Of a DNA stretch of 64,000 nt, positions 40,001 to 55,000 are shown one piece after another. The notes beneath the pieces were generated by a model. It made no database searches, was not told where the DNA came from, and saw only the letters and a program-made list of their open reading frames with translations. The DNA lies in NCBI GenBank assembly GCA_037379345.1, contig CM074516.1:49823626-49887625 (forward strand). Reading direction: 5' to 3'. A program made the translations under genes and the position numbers. The stretch is from Perna viridis. Taxonomy: Eukaryota. How positions within the stretch are numbered: the first letter of the stretch is position 1; the number at the start of each line of letters is the position of its first letter.

Positions 40001-43000
40001 GACACGGTGAAGTCAGCCTCATATATTGATCTACACTTAGTGATCGAAGGTAAAGGAAAACTTATAATTGACCAAACTTTACAACAAATGTGATGACTTT
40101 TCATTCAGAATTGTCAACATTCCTTTCATCTGTGGCAACATCCCTTCAGCACCTGCTTATGGACTTTTTATATTACAATTCATACGTTATGCCAGAGCAT
40201 GCCTTAACTATGCAGACTTTTTGTATTGCGCTGGACTCCTTACAATCAGACTTCTGGAACAGGGTTATTTTACTACAAGATTGAAGTCATCACTACAGAA
40301 TTTTTATGGTCATCATCATAAACTTGTGGATCATAACAGTGTATCCATTTGCACCATGAAAACTAATTTATTCAACGGGTCATAGTTTTCCTTCCCTTGT
40401 TTGTCTACCCCGGACATGACTTTTTATGAGCAACTTGGCAGGTGTTTCTAGAAAAGCAGAGGACGCTTACCCTACCAGTGCACCTGGTCCATGCTCCCAG
40501 TTTTCAGTGGAGTCAGAGTTGCTAATTAACTTTTGTTACTTTGTATGTATTATTTTAGTTATTTTATTTTCTTTGTTGTGTATGTCTGTTTTCCATGTCT
40601 GGTCTTTGTCTCTGGATTACATTCTTTAGATTTCCTCTAGACTCTTGATTTCCTTGATTATTCTTAGACACTAATGATGAAACTTCTATTTACAACTAAT
40701 TCAGCTTCCTTCACAACAACAAAAGAAATCCAAAGAGTTGGATGAAGTCACCTGCTAACTGTTCCTATACCAAAGCTGATAATGATGCAGAGAAAACTCT
40801 GGTATAAGTTTAAAGGGAAATGAACTCAAACAAATCAGTTTGTGGTAAACAAACTAAAAAACATGTACTCCTGTAATATTTATAGAGATGAGAGAAGAAA
40901 TGCAGTGTTATCATGTATAATGGCAATAAATACTTTAGAGCTATCATATGTAAATCTATCCAGTTGTGCTCTATATTACATATAAGAACATGTTTCCCTG
41001 TTATCTGAATAAAACAATGCCTAATCTAACATTCTCTTTGAAAATGATGACTAAATTTAAATGATAACAAATCTGAATAATACATGTACATCCTTACATT
41101 AACTTCATTGTCAGTGAGTACTAGGTAATTCTACATTGATTTTCTGGAAATTTTATGAATAAAAACAAAGTCGCAATAAGTTAAAAAAAAATTATGACAA
41201 CAGTTGATTTAAATACTTTCAGTTAATCTGAAAATATAAAGTTTCTGGTCAGCTGTTATCCGTCCTGTACTAAATGAAAATAATGCCTTGGAGAGTTGTA
41301 TTACAAGCATCAGGTGGAATGTAATAAAACACCACAAAAGTACTATAAAGACAGCTTGACACCACCTAGAATGTTCTTTGTACCAAGGAATTACTTCTCC
41401 TGTTGACCATACAGCAGATGTACTTCCCTGAGGGATAGTGGTATATCATTTAATCATAAGAGCAATCAACTGATTACAACTGATCACAGACAGAAGCTAC
41501 ACATACATTACACAGATTGTTACTGTGATAGACAATCTGATAACCATGAAATTACCTACTTCCCATTTGGAAGGCATCATATGATTATAGGCTTTGCCTA
41601 TGGGGGATGGAGCTATTTCCTCTCAAATAACATTTGACTTTGTTGAAAATGTGCTGTGTTGATGATATATTGTTGATGTCTTGACCACCAGAATATACAA
41701 GACTACCTGTAACACATGCAGTGTGTCTTTTTGTAAAGTTCAAACAATTAGTCCTTTCCAAAATACATCACTTCTGACAGAACGATTCTGAGCCACTTAT
41801 GTTTCAGAGTATCTACACATGACATTACTGATGCTCCATTTGTCACAGTGGACAATCTGGTTCTACTGAACTAACTATAAATCTGTTTTACAGTGTACAG
41901 TGATGTGCAGTGATGTGCAGTGATATTCTTTTTGAAGGTTAGGAGTAGGATCAATTCTACATCCACTACAACACCATTACAATTAAAATCTTCTTAAAAC
42001 CATATTGTCATTCTCAGCCATTCTATCGCACTGTTTACATTTTAAACATTTACAACCAAAAGTACTCCTCTAAGCAAGTGGCCCACACAAGGTAAAAACT
42101 AAGAAACTCAATTTATCAAGCCAGCCTAATAAAAGGATTAAAATAAAACAATTCATCAAAAAAGCAAAAAGCATAGACAGTCACTAAAAGAACTGCCTCT
42201 TCACTGAAAAACTATAAATTACTCAAATTTCAATTTAAAAATTGTCAATAGTGATATTTTGTCATTTGACACTGATTCTAAACCACTGAGACAAAAATTA
42301 CAGGCAATTTACTTTTTTCTCTTGGCTTTAGTCAAATCTGCAGGAATCTTGAATTTCCCAATTACTGATATTTGAAATGGAGCCGGTTATGCAAGTGTCT
42401 GTAAAATATTAGCCATCAGAAAGCATGGCTTGTGGTTGATATTTCATCATCAGATTGAATTTCAAGTTCTTCCCAAATAGGTTCATTAATCAACAAATAA
42501 CTTGTTAGTGCCCATTCACTTTCAAATGGCCTCAGATTTATTTTTTTACAATTCTAACATAAAAAGCCATAGAGTTTTGTAGAAAAAATATTAATGACTT
42601 TAATGGATGATGCAATATTTTACAGTTGACAGAAGGAGATATGGAACTAAGCCTGGAAATTTATCAGGAGGCATTTCCCAGATAATTTCTCCATTTCCTT
42701 ATTTGTAATGTCTGGAACATCTGGAATATGTTGAACTGATAACATCATCCACTCACAAGGTAGAGTTCTCTATTACTCTATGAAAACGGAAGTATATACG
42801 AGCAAAAGAATGGACACCCCTATCTTTATATACCCTAAACTTTGCATCCAGGGGTATAATAAAAAGATGGTTGCACAAGGAGATAAAACTAATTTGTCAC
42901 AGAACAATAAGGCAACTAAGATATCCAACAGCTTTAACCAGATGTCCAACGATAAGTCAGAAATGTCTTCTTTTGTAATCAACTGACACTTCCCTAAGAA

Positions 43001-46000
43001 ATCCATTCCCAGAATTTCCCTCTATAAACCTATTCCCGAATTTTCCTATATGTGCCAAGATTTTCCTCTATATAAAAACCTGTTTCCAGATTTCCCTCTT
43101 TCACACATTCCTGAAATTTCCCCCATGGATATGTTCAAAGATTTTCCTGAATCCCATTCTTCAACCTTTTCCCAGATTTCCCTCTTTGTAAAATTTTGGT
43201 ACGAGTCCATATTACATGTTCCTAGAATTCTCTAAAAAAAAAAAAAAAAAACCTCCATAACATGTTTCAAGATTTCTCACTATGGACATATGCCAGGAAT
43301 TCCCTTCATCCCACTTTAAACATGTTCCAGGAATTCCTTTCATCAAGGAGTAAATATAATATGTCACTGAGTAAAAACCTTAAGGAAAGATAACAAACTT
43401 TACAATTGTAAGACAAAAGAAATATTACAATCTTCCATGTTAATTAGACTTTATGTCTGGCAAATCCAACTTCATACTTGTCCTATAGTTTTCATGGAAC
43501 AATAAAATGAGATTTCTCTGTGTATCTCATAACTCTCTTCTGTTCAGAGAGAAAACACAGATTTTAATGACTGAGATACATAAAGTACAATTACATAGAA
43601 ATAGTTGTCATACATGGAATTAATGTGTAAAAGTCTCTTAAAGCAAAATAATACCAGAAACATCTAAAAGAGTTCAGCATGAAACTTGAATATCTTAAAT
43701 GTAATCTAAAAATAGACTGTAATATTTATTGCTTGCAAACTAAATATGTCAGATTCAAGCAAAATTTGATCTGGCTATGTTGAGGAATGCTAAATGTATG
43801 CCAAAAAGGCTGCTTTTTACTACAAATACTTTGTGAAGACAGCGCTTGGGTAAAATGTTGGCTTCTAATTGATAATCCACCACCTACAAATTAAGGATAG
43901 GTGATTTGATAAAAACATGCCAAAGACTATTCCATTAAATAATCTACACACTTTGGTGTAGTTTGGCAAACTTTGTAACAACCAAATGGTTAGCTCATCC
44001 TATCCCTAAATTAAATCAGGTACAGTTCCAACAAATGGCTACAACTTAAATGGTTTGTTCTTAGTAAATTTACAAGAAGTTTACATATTTTTTTTTAAAA
44101 TGAGCTTACAGGATACTCCCATACCCACCTTTGTAAATAAATGATAAAAATATTAACAGCTGTAAAAAGGAAGTTGATGATGTTTCAATCTGAAATAGAA
44201 TCCTATATGGCAAACCTAAACATTTGTCAAAAAGAAAACTGTAACACTAAAGTTGTGGTCAGAGAAACAGATGAAGGGGAAGATACAGCTAACTGGAGGC
44301 TCAAGAGAGCCTGAATTGCTCACCTGGTTAACCATTTGCTTATTTGAAAAACTTGAGGAATGAGACAGGCTAAGTTAAAATCAACTAAATTGTCAAATGC
44401 AAGAAATGCTTTTCATAGCATTTTCATAACCACAATTTTGCTAAAGGCAACAATTTTTGAATTTTTTCTCAAAAACCTGTCTTATGACCCCTAAGTTCCA
44501 TTTTTAGTATAGGCAGCCATATCTATTCACGGATTAAAAATCACAACAGTCATTTTGAGCACAATACACTAAAGAACTATTATGCTTATTTTCATTCAAT
44601 GATCCTAAATGGTTTTAGAGAAGATTTTCAAATTTGCACATGCAAAAACAAAAAAAAAAACTGTTTCAGGGGCCATAACTCCTACATCAGTTGACCAATC
44701 GTTTGGAAACTTTTGGTATTGGTCCATCTCATGATGCTGAACAATATTACACATGCCAGAAATTTGCTAAAGGCAACAGTTTTTGCGTTATTTACGAAAA
44801 ACTGCCATCTGACACCTATGTTCTATTTTTAGTAACGGCAGCCATGTTATTTCATGAATCAACAATCGCAATGGTTGTTATGTGTGGGATACCCTAAGGA
44901 ACATAAATGCCAACTTTCACTGAATTCTGTGCAATGGATTTTGAGAAGATTTTCAAAGTTGCACATGCGAAAAATGCCCAAAAAAAACTGTTTCAGGGGC
45001 CGTTACTCCTACATCAGTTGACCAATCGTTTTGAAAATTTTGGCATAGGTCCATCTCATGATGCTGAACAATATTACCCTGTTGCCAGAAATTTGCTAAA
45101 GGCAATGGTTTTTGAGTTATTTGCAAAAAAACTGCAATCTGACCCCTATATTCTATTTTTAGCCGCCATGTTTTTTCATGGATAAAAAATCTCAATGGTC
45201 ATTTTGTGCAAAACACCCTAAGTAATAATCTTGCCAAGTTTAAAACCTGTCAGTCCAGTAGGTTTGGAGAAGAAGATTTTTTAAAATTTGTCCACAACAA
45301 CGACGGACGCCAAGTGATGGCATAAGCTCACTTGGCTTTCAGGTAGGTGAGCTAAAAAGGGGGTATAACAGAAGTTTTTACAATAATAGACAGATCTTTA
45401 AGTTTTACTTTATCTCTGAAAGTGGAAGGTTTTTATTTTTCATTTCTCACCTTGATAAAGTTCACCTGATCACATATTAGCTGATGTACTTAAAGAAACC
45501 AGGAAATATTTGCCAATTTGTGCAACTTGTCCTTTGAAGAATTGTTTTCGCTGCTGATTCAGTATTTAATACAACAGTTTATCTTCACTATAAGAACATC
45601 TCAACAAGATTGCTGTAATTTTTTCGCTGATCAACTTTTATCTTAATAATAATCTTGACTAAAGAGCAATGATTTTGCTGAAACATTATGTAAGAGCATT
45701 ACAATTAAGTTGCTAAATACAACCTGAAATAAAAGAAGAAATTCTTCTGATATGTGTTTACCAACAGGAAGTAAAATTCCATGGACAGGTTAACAGGTGG
45801 AAAAACATTTTTCTGACACAGTCAGTATAGTTTCGCTTTTTACCCTTTGATCTTAAGGACGCTCTTCAATGGAAATGCAAGTCACCTGATCGCAATCCTG
45901 TTTCCCAATTGGCCAAATACTGATAACTGGCATTCGAAAAAAAAAATGTATCGAAAATTTGTAATTGCATGCCATGTGTTATTTTTTTAAAGAAATGTAG

Positions 46001-49000
46001 AAACTTAGAAATAAAAAAAAAGAAATTATTACTGCATTGGCTATCTTTTTTTAAAGATAGCACTTGTTTTTTATTAATATTATTTAATCAATGTTACTTC
46101 ACTTCATGCAAAAGTGACGGTTTGAGAAGCAAACTCAACACAATGTCACATAAAAAGCCGGAAATTACTAGACTTGTTACATTCTGCCAGATATTTACCA
46201 CCAAATAGAAGTTACACAGTGGATAAACCAGTTCCACTAGGTACATTCTGCCAGACATTTACCACCAAATAGAAGTTACACAGTGGATAAACCAGTTCCA
46301 CTTGGTACATTCAGCCAGACATTTATCACCAAATAGAAGTTACACAGTGGATAAACCAGTTCCACTCATTTCCTTTGTTTAAACAACATAGAGTTAGTCA
46401 CAGAGAAAATTCTCTTTATGTTTTGACTATATCAGCTGGTAATAAATTATAAAGCACTTAGTCTCCTGGTGGTTTATTTACTATCTTATAAAATTATTAT
46501 TACTGCACATTTACTGAGCTAGAGCTATTGCATACAGATTATTACTGAGACTTATTCAATATTTACACATATGAGGGGAGGGTTGAAATTATATCTTGTT
46601 AAACACTTACAGACATGAAATTTTTTTTTAATTGTTTCTCCTAAGATCCTGTTTACCACGACCAGAATCTCAAGATCTGGCCAGAAACTGACTTCAGCAT
46701 CAGATTGACCATCAGAGATCTGATTCAAGGTCTTGTTTACTTAATAAAATCAAAACATTCTGACAATAAATCTACAGAAATGTAATACCCTTCATCAATT
46801 CTGGAATATTTTGCTCTACAAAACATCAAATTAAGTCCCAATCCAAAACATATGATACTCCATTTTAATATACAACAAATAGACTTAAGTTATTTGCCTC
46901 CAAACAAATGACTCTAGACATTAGTTACTATATAAGAAATGTCATTGTGATTCTGGTTTCTATCCTTGCTATATAATTGTCTAAATTAAGTCACCACTTG
47001 AGAGAAATGGTTTGTTGTAGTTGGAGATTTCTGCCTCCACTGAGCAGTATCGATGTCCCTAAGCATATCTGACATGATACATTCTATAAGTATAGACAAG
47101 AAAATTATAGACTATGTGTGATTTACTGTTCTTCCTAAGAAATAAGTGATTTTGTACTCTAAGACCATGATATAGGGGCAGGTTCAAATAAGGTACAGCA
47201 TGGTAAAGACATTGTAAAAACAAACAAGGAGTCATCTGACAACTTTGATTCCTTGGAGACTTTTCTAGGCCTTACAATAAGGATCATTTCAGCAGTTGAA
47301 AGAACTTGGCTGTATATGCAAATATTACTGTCTGTCCCCTCTGTTCTATTTTTTTGTAATAGCTGCCATGTTTTATGCCAGATCAAGAATCCCCACCTCA
47401 GTTCTAAGCAGGATACCCCAAGGAACATTCATAAATTTGACCACAGATAGATCTCATCATGCAGAACACTTTAACCAATTGTCAGAATTTGGCTAAACCT
47501 AACAGTTTTGAAGATATATGCGAAAAACTACTGTTGGACCCCAATGTTCTATTTTTAGTAACGGATGCCATGTTTTTCCACAGATCAAAAATTCCCACAC
47601 CAAATCTATGCAGGATACCCAAAGGAACATTCATACCAAGTTTGATTCCAATTGGTCAAGTAGTGTCAGAGGAGAAGAGTTTTGAAAAATTGATGTCAAC
47701 GACAGACGCCAAGTAATGGCAATAGCTCACATGGCCTTCAGCCAGATGAGCTAAAAAGCAGAGGATACTTACCCTACCTGTGCACCTGGTCCATGCTCCC
47801 AGATTTTGGTGGAGTCAGGGTTGCTCAATTGCTTTTGTTTTTTTGTACATGTTATTTTGGTTATTTCATGTTCTTTGTTGTGTGTGTCCCTTCATTACTT
47901 TCTCTTACCCTTTTCTCACCACTGGGATTCCATGAAGTTTTCTCAATATTTACCAGTTCTGTGACTTGCTGGGTAATCATATTAACCTTACTAACCATTA
48001 ACACTCACCACTTCTATGGCATGCTGTGTAGTTATCTTCCCTTCCTTCACCATTAACATCAGGGCCATTCTGTCATCATCTGACATGGTGATTTCATAAG
48101 CATTAGGGTCACCTGTTAATATAGAACTGACCCAGTGATTAAGCCTTCAGATTTCCGAAAATATCATGCTGACTCCTGAACTAAAATACAGCAGTGTAAA
48201 ATACAGCACTGTAAATAATGAGTAAAGAGCAACTAAATGTCTTTATCATTGTTTTTGTAAGCTCACTGAATCCAAAAATTACTATTGGCTTTTATTTGAA
48301 TTCTGACTATTAAAGTTTCTTTATTCTAGAATATTCACTATGAATTCTGACTATTAAAGTTTCTTTATTCTAGAATATTCACTATGAATTCTGACTATTA
48401 AAGTTTCTTTATTCTAGAATATCACTATGAATTCTGACTATTAAAGTGTGGAGTTTCTTTATTCTAGAATATTCACTATGAATTCTGACTATTAAAGTTT
48501 CTTTATTCCAGAATATTCACTTTGAATTCTGACTAATAAAATGTGGAGTTTCTTTATTTCAGAATATTCACTTTGAATTCTGGCTATTAAAGTATGGAGT
48601 TTCTTTATTTTTGAATATTCACTTTGAATTCTGGCTATTAAAGTGTGGAGTTTCTTTATTCCAGAATATTCACTTTGAATTCTGACTATTACAATGTGGA
48701 GTTTCTTTATTCCAGAATATTCACTTTGAATTCTGACTATTACAATGTGGAGTTTCTTTATTCCAGAACATTCACTTTGAATTCTGACTATTACAATGTG
48801 GAGTTTCTTTATTCCAGAACATTCACTTTGAATTCTGACTATTACAATGTGGAGTTTCTTTATTCCAGAACATTCACTTTGAATTCTGACTATTAAAGTG
48901 TGGAGTTTCTTTATTCTTAAGGACATAAATGTATACATGAAAGTATTTTCTACAGGTATGCACCTTCATGTTGTCTAAAACCCTGTTTTCTTCCTGATCG

Positions 49001-52000
49001 TCTGATACCAATATTACGGAAGAGTTTACCCAGAGTTCCAGACTTCTTGTTGTCTCCAATCGTCTTATCTGAAACAGACAGAATGACTAAGTAATAATAT
49101 CGCCCTTTTATAATGGCTACTTCACACTTTAAAATAAGAAAGATACAAAGTACTTAACTTGTATATATCATTTCTTCAAGGGTTCTCTACAATATTATTA
49201 TCTGTATACACCCAATAAACAAGTAAGGAGTGTACCTACTCCTAAATCTTATAAAGCTTTTATAGCATCTGTAAAGTGGAAATATTATAGTAACTGGATC
49301 TTGTTTCACTAAGCCGTCCTTAAGTCTGTATCATTTCCTTAAACTTTCTATTTCTAAGGTGAGGAAAAGTGTTTCCTGGTATCCAGATACAAATTTTTAT
49401 AGCTCCCTGTTAGGTAATGATGCAACTTCTTTTTGTCATATTAAAAGATTTACACACATATGCTATAACCTGAACATCTATGTATTGTTCTTAAAACATT
49501 GAAATGGTTGGTTTATTCACCATCAAAACAGTCACAGTTTTATATAATGAAACTAACCGATTCAATATTTTTTGCTTATACAGTGTAAATGTATTTAATT
49601 TAAAATTAACCAAGAATTCTTCAGAAAAATATTGCAAAACAAAATATATTTCTTAGATAAAAACAAAGCAGAAATAATAACAATGTATATACAACAAACA
49701 TTTTACTGATAATAAAAAGCTGAGTAAAGAGTGATAATTAGAAGCAGTTTATGGAGAATTAGTTTAATTAAACCTATAACAGTAGAAAACATATATATAA
49801 ACCAGCAGTGATAACTTAAATCATTACAAATACAAAATATAACATGGAGAGCTTTAGTTAAAATAAGGCTGAGGATCAGAGCTCGTAGTAAAGCATGTTA
49901 AAGCAATCATTACTGCAACACGAAATAATTAGCAACAAAACACAGATGCCTTATTATCTTAACAAGGCCAGGTATACTACTGGAGATGCTTTATTATTGT
50001 AACAAGGCCAGGTATACTACCGGAGATGCCTTATTATTTAAACAAGGCCAGGTATACTACCCGAGAAGCCTTATTATTTTAATAAGGCCAGGTATACTAC
50101 CGGAGATGCCTTATTATTTTAACAAGGCCAGGTATACTACCAGTACCTGCCTTATTATTTTAACAAGGCCAGGTATACTACCGGAGATGCTTTATTATTT
50201 TAACAAGGCCAGGTATACTGCCGGAGATGCCTTATTATTTAAACAAAGCCAGGTCTACTACCGGAGATGCCTTATCATTTTAACAAGGCCAGGTATACTA
50301 CCGGTACCTAATATTTTGGTTTATGCCCAAGGGGTATTTTATTAAATTTTATATTGCAATTAAATTCAAAGCTATATATTTTGTTAAACTATTCTATGAA
50401 AAGAAGCAGTATATGAAAGCGACTCTGTATAATGAAGCAGGTTACTAGCTCACTCCATTACCTGATATAACCTTTGGTATACAACATATTCCTATACAAT
50501 ACAGATAAAACATCTATCAGGGGATTACTCTGGGTCAATATTCTACATAGAACATCTATCAGGGGAGGGATTACTCTGGGTCAATATTCTACATAGAACA
50601 TCTATCAGGGGATGGGATTACTCTGTGTCAATATTCTACATAGAACATCTATCAGGGGATGGGATTACTCTGGGTCAAATTCTACATAGAACATCTATCA
50701 GGGGATGGGATTTGCACCACTATGGGTCAAATTCTAGATAGAACATCTATCAGGGGATGGGATTTGTACCACTCTGGGTCAAATTCTATATAGAACAGTG
50801 GGTATACATAAGGACCATCCAGAAATTGCTGAACAATAACCATTTTATGCAAGTTCTCTATGGCTGAATGCCTTGCCTTTCATTGGGACAAACTTCTCAT
50901 GGACTTGAACATTTAACTATCTTATCTTGTACAATGTAAAAGGGCAGTATAAAACCTGGACTGTACACAATTAAGGGGTGTTTAACTTGTATAATTTATT
51001 TCATTGATTTATTTTATATCAAAGGTCAAATATACATGTACACTGTCATGTAGTTTAGTTCTTTTAAACATTTAAATATTTCTTGACCTAAAAATTAGGG
51101 TCCAATTCCCTTTTTTGCATTGACCTCCCTTTTTTCTTACCTTATATAAAAGGGGGTGGTTATAATAACACCTAATAAAACAAGTTTTACATCACAGCAG
51201 ACTTTATGTGCCTGTCCAGAGTCAGAAGATGTTGGTCAATAATGTGTCTTTGTACTGTTATATAACTTTTCAGTTTAATTTTGAAAAAATTGTAATTGTT
51301 TTGTTACCATGGATTTGATTACTTTTGTTGCCATGGCCTTTCAGAGCCAACTAAAAGGTGTCTTTACACTTGTTGAAGACTTTGTGCAGATCTCTGAAAG
51401 TATTTAGGTTATATACTGGTGCAATTGTTACCATATTATTATTTACAACTGAAGAACAAACTGTCCTATCTGTACTAATAAAACTTATTTTAGAAGACAT
51501 TCTCAAGTGAAATACTTTATGACATGATACAACCTTTGTGTTATCTTACAATCTGATTTCATTACCATAAGAGGTTCGTCAATTCTACAATACATCTTGG
51601 ATTATAACGATATTAGATTCTCCTTTCCTACACACTATAGGAGGAAACTGATTTATATCATAAATATCTTTATAAAAATCGTAAATGTCTGTTGTCTACT
51701 TTATATAGGTGAAGCAAGTTGATCTGAAGTGGGATAAAGAGTGATATATCAGTATTAATTCAGACACTTCCATTAAAACCTATGATGCTCAGGTTTTTCC
51801 TCATTTGCCTCCTCTAAGCCTGTCTGAACTTTTGATGTTGGATCAAAGAAGACAATCATCCTGATGAACGAAGTGAAATATTAAACACCAGTCAATTTCC
51901 TTGTCATAACTTGAACAAAAATAAATTACTGATATGTATATAATTTTGTTGGAGATTGATGTCATTTCAGATACTCAAGAATCTTTAATGGAAATGAATG

Positions 52001-55000
52001 TAATAGCTCTATTCACTCAACTTGTTATTTATTCATCATAAAATGTGAAATGGTTGTTTTGATAGTAAACTTTTTCTTCCCTACAGAAAAACCATTTAAA
52101 ATATTTATGACAAATTGTTGTCCAAGTGACTAAGACACCATTTAAGAATTACATCGGAAGTATTCTCTAACTTCCTTGAAAAATTGGATCTCCAAGAAAC
52201 CAATAAATAAATGCTGAGTTTACAGCAAAAAAGCCTTCAGACAATCAACATGGCTGGATCTAAATACAAAATCTTAATAACAAAACTTCAGTTCAACAAG
52301 AAGTGGTCATCTTTTACAAAGTCCATTTTTGGTAAGAGTTATCCTTTCAAAAAGTATTTGTTTGGAGAGAAATGACCGAGACACAATAATCCTACACAGT
52401 TTATAATCAAAGCCTCCTACATTAATCCAAGTTAAAATGACTCAAATAAAATAAATCACAATATTTGGGCCAACACATCTTATAAAATTACACATAAATT
52501 CAATACAATTTATCACATATCTCAGTGCTTACTGAAGGTAGAAATTGATCACAAAATACAATTTCTCTTGAGAGAAGACTGACAACAATTTTCTTGGTGT
52601 TTGCTAAAACACTTAGCGACACTTGTTACCAAAGCTTTCTCAATATTACGCTACTTCAACTTAACAATAATTTCACACATATTCTAAAATCAATGGAGAC
52701 TTTCTGCTTTGATAAAGCTGAGTAAATTTCAGTGTTTTATAACAGATCCACAAAGTATAAAAGACTTTTGATGCATTCATCATAAATATCTATATAAAGT
52801 CATCATACAGTTATAAAAGCTTTTACAGTAAAACCTCTCAATACTAATAGTCTAAACCAGACTTTATTTGAAGTTACTTCATGTCACTTCAAATGTATTA
52901 TTTTGAACCTGGATAAACCAAACACATGTCTAAAGTGAATAAATTCTACAATCCGAAACAGGTTCACAGGTTTTACTGTGGAAGTTTTTACCCCCAAAAA
53001 ATTGAAAAAGACTCTTTTATAAAATGAGAAGTAGATAAAAGAGAGATTTCTTATCACAAAGATTTATGAAAGGTTTACAAATTACCGAACTGATAAAATC
53101 TGGGCAAAAGGAAAGTCTATATAATAAAAGGCGATTTTGACAGATGTACAAAAATAATGTATTTATAGGACTGGTCATTGTTTCACATACTGTCACCTTA
53201 ACAAACCAAAGGGACTTACATGTACATAAGTCTAACATAAGCTTTGTGAAACGATGCCCAAATAAACAAAAAAATCCCATAGTATAAAGGAATAGTGTCA
53301 TCTTCTGAAGCTTTCACAGGCTTATGCTAACTCAAGCCAAGATTTAGTTTTGTCATTTATAAAAGAAGTCTATGTTATTGGCAAGTCATAAACAATGAAA
53401 CTAATCTGTTAAATGTTCATGAAAATTAAATTTAAAAAAATAGTTTCCTTTTCTTAACTAATTAATCACTATTTATAATTAGGGAATTTGAATTTCCTGC
53501 ACTTATGGGCACCAACATGATTGTTTGAGCTGTGACGTCACGAAGTTGGTTTGTAAAGTGAAAGTAAACAGGTAATTGATTAAGATGTCAGAAGAAAGTG
53601 CAAATATGGGACTTTCCCCTATAATTTCAACTCAAAATATACAGAATAAGAGTTGAGGCACTAAGATTAAGCAAATGTCAGACAACATTGACGTACAGTG
53701 GGATTTGCTGCTAGAAGACTTTTATGTCTGAGGAAAATCTAATGGCTATCAGTCAAATTTTTTTTTAAAACATTTCTCTTCTATCATGTGTGCAATCATA
53801 GGCTTGAAAAAGACATGGTGATCAGAAAAATAGGATCATAGAAATATTTACTGAATATTCTCTGTTTACAAATTAATATGCAGTACTTGTATCAGTACTA
53901 AACTGACTTAGTGATGTCATGAGCTATTCGGAAGCTATCAGTAAAAATCAATAAAGTCTGCTTATGATCTTCCTTCAGACAGAAATGTTCTACGAAATGG
54001 CTATCCACGTATATTTCAAAGATTTTGCATAGCCTTGTGCATCTTACAAAAGTGCATTTTACATTAAAGGTTTATATTTATTTTATTACTATATTTATTA
54101 CATTTATTTTTGTTTACATGAGTATGATTTTCCATAAGAGCCTAACTTAATGCAAAGGTGGGTTTCCCTTTAATGTAAGTAATTAATATGTAAGGTGGTT
54201 AATGTAAGTAATTAATATGTAAGGTGGTTAGCTCTTGCTACCGTTCTGTTTGATAACAAGCCTTTAACATGAGTTGTGATTGATGATTAAATGCAACCCA
54301 CAAATTTAAACATTGTAATATATTTTGTTTATTTTCTTTACAAACCACCACTACACACATAAGGTATTTCTCAGGTTATTGATGTTTTTTATAGTAGTAC
54401 CCCCAAGAATAAGAGGAAGTTGTTTCCATGTCAATAAATAAATCTGGAATAGCACATCCAATCCAACACCTTTATAAAGAACATCAAAGACTAAGAACAA
54501 ATCAGTTACTTTGTGTTAGTTCTTGTTCCAACATCAATTCCATCATATTATGAAGATTTTATTGGGAAGTTGATCGATACCAAGGGTATTAAAACTTCCC
54601 TTTTATTCCAATTAGTTTCTCCCTAACTATAAAACTTAGGAACTATTCTACAGAAGGCTTTATATCATGTTACTGATCTTGGACTATTTGTCTGCTTTCT
54701 ATTCCCAGTCTCAATCATATAAGATACTCAATAGTATGATTGTTAAGTTCATATACAAAAGTGTTTTTAAAGAGAATGGTAACATAGACTGTATATGAAT
54801 TTAATTTTCAATGTTAAAACATTTTGATTACAGGGTAATGTCTCTCCAACTATTGAATATTTAATGACTTCACCACTGATTATTCAAAATTTACATGTAT
54901 ATTGAGTTGTACATTTTATACTTATTTTGAAGTATGGTTGGAATTTCAAGGTAGTATTTCTCTGATTCTTTGTCGAGAACTTAGAAGGTTATATTCTAAC

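Noticed and set aside
40383-40665. SECIS element in the Naiad-like 3' UTR
   Set aside because: ATGA is present but without the AA loop and GA quartet at the required spacing; no in-frame TGA in the visible ORF.
48492-50345. Periodic ORFs 48492..48938, 48645..48896 and 49986..50345
   Set aside because: Products of the 51-bp and 40-bp minisatellites.
51861-51890. Hammerhead-like core ctgatga-acgaagt-gaaa
   Set aside because: Stem II is only 2 bp and no stem I/III complementarity is evident in the flanks; likely chance.
53532-53541. Palindromic CRE site gtgacgtcac
   Set aside because: A single motif with no promoter evidence, probably within a transposon remnant.
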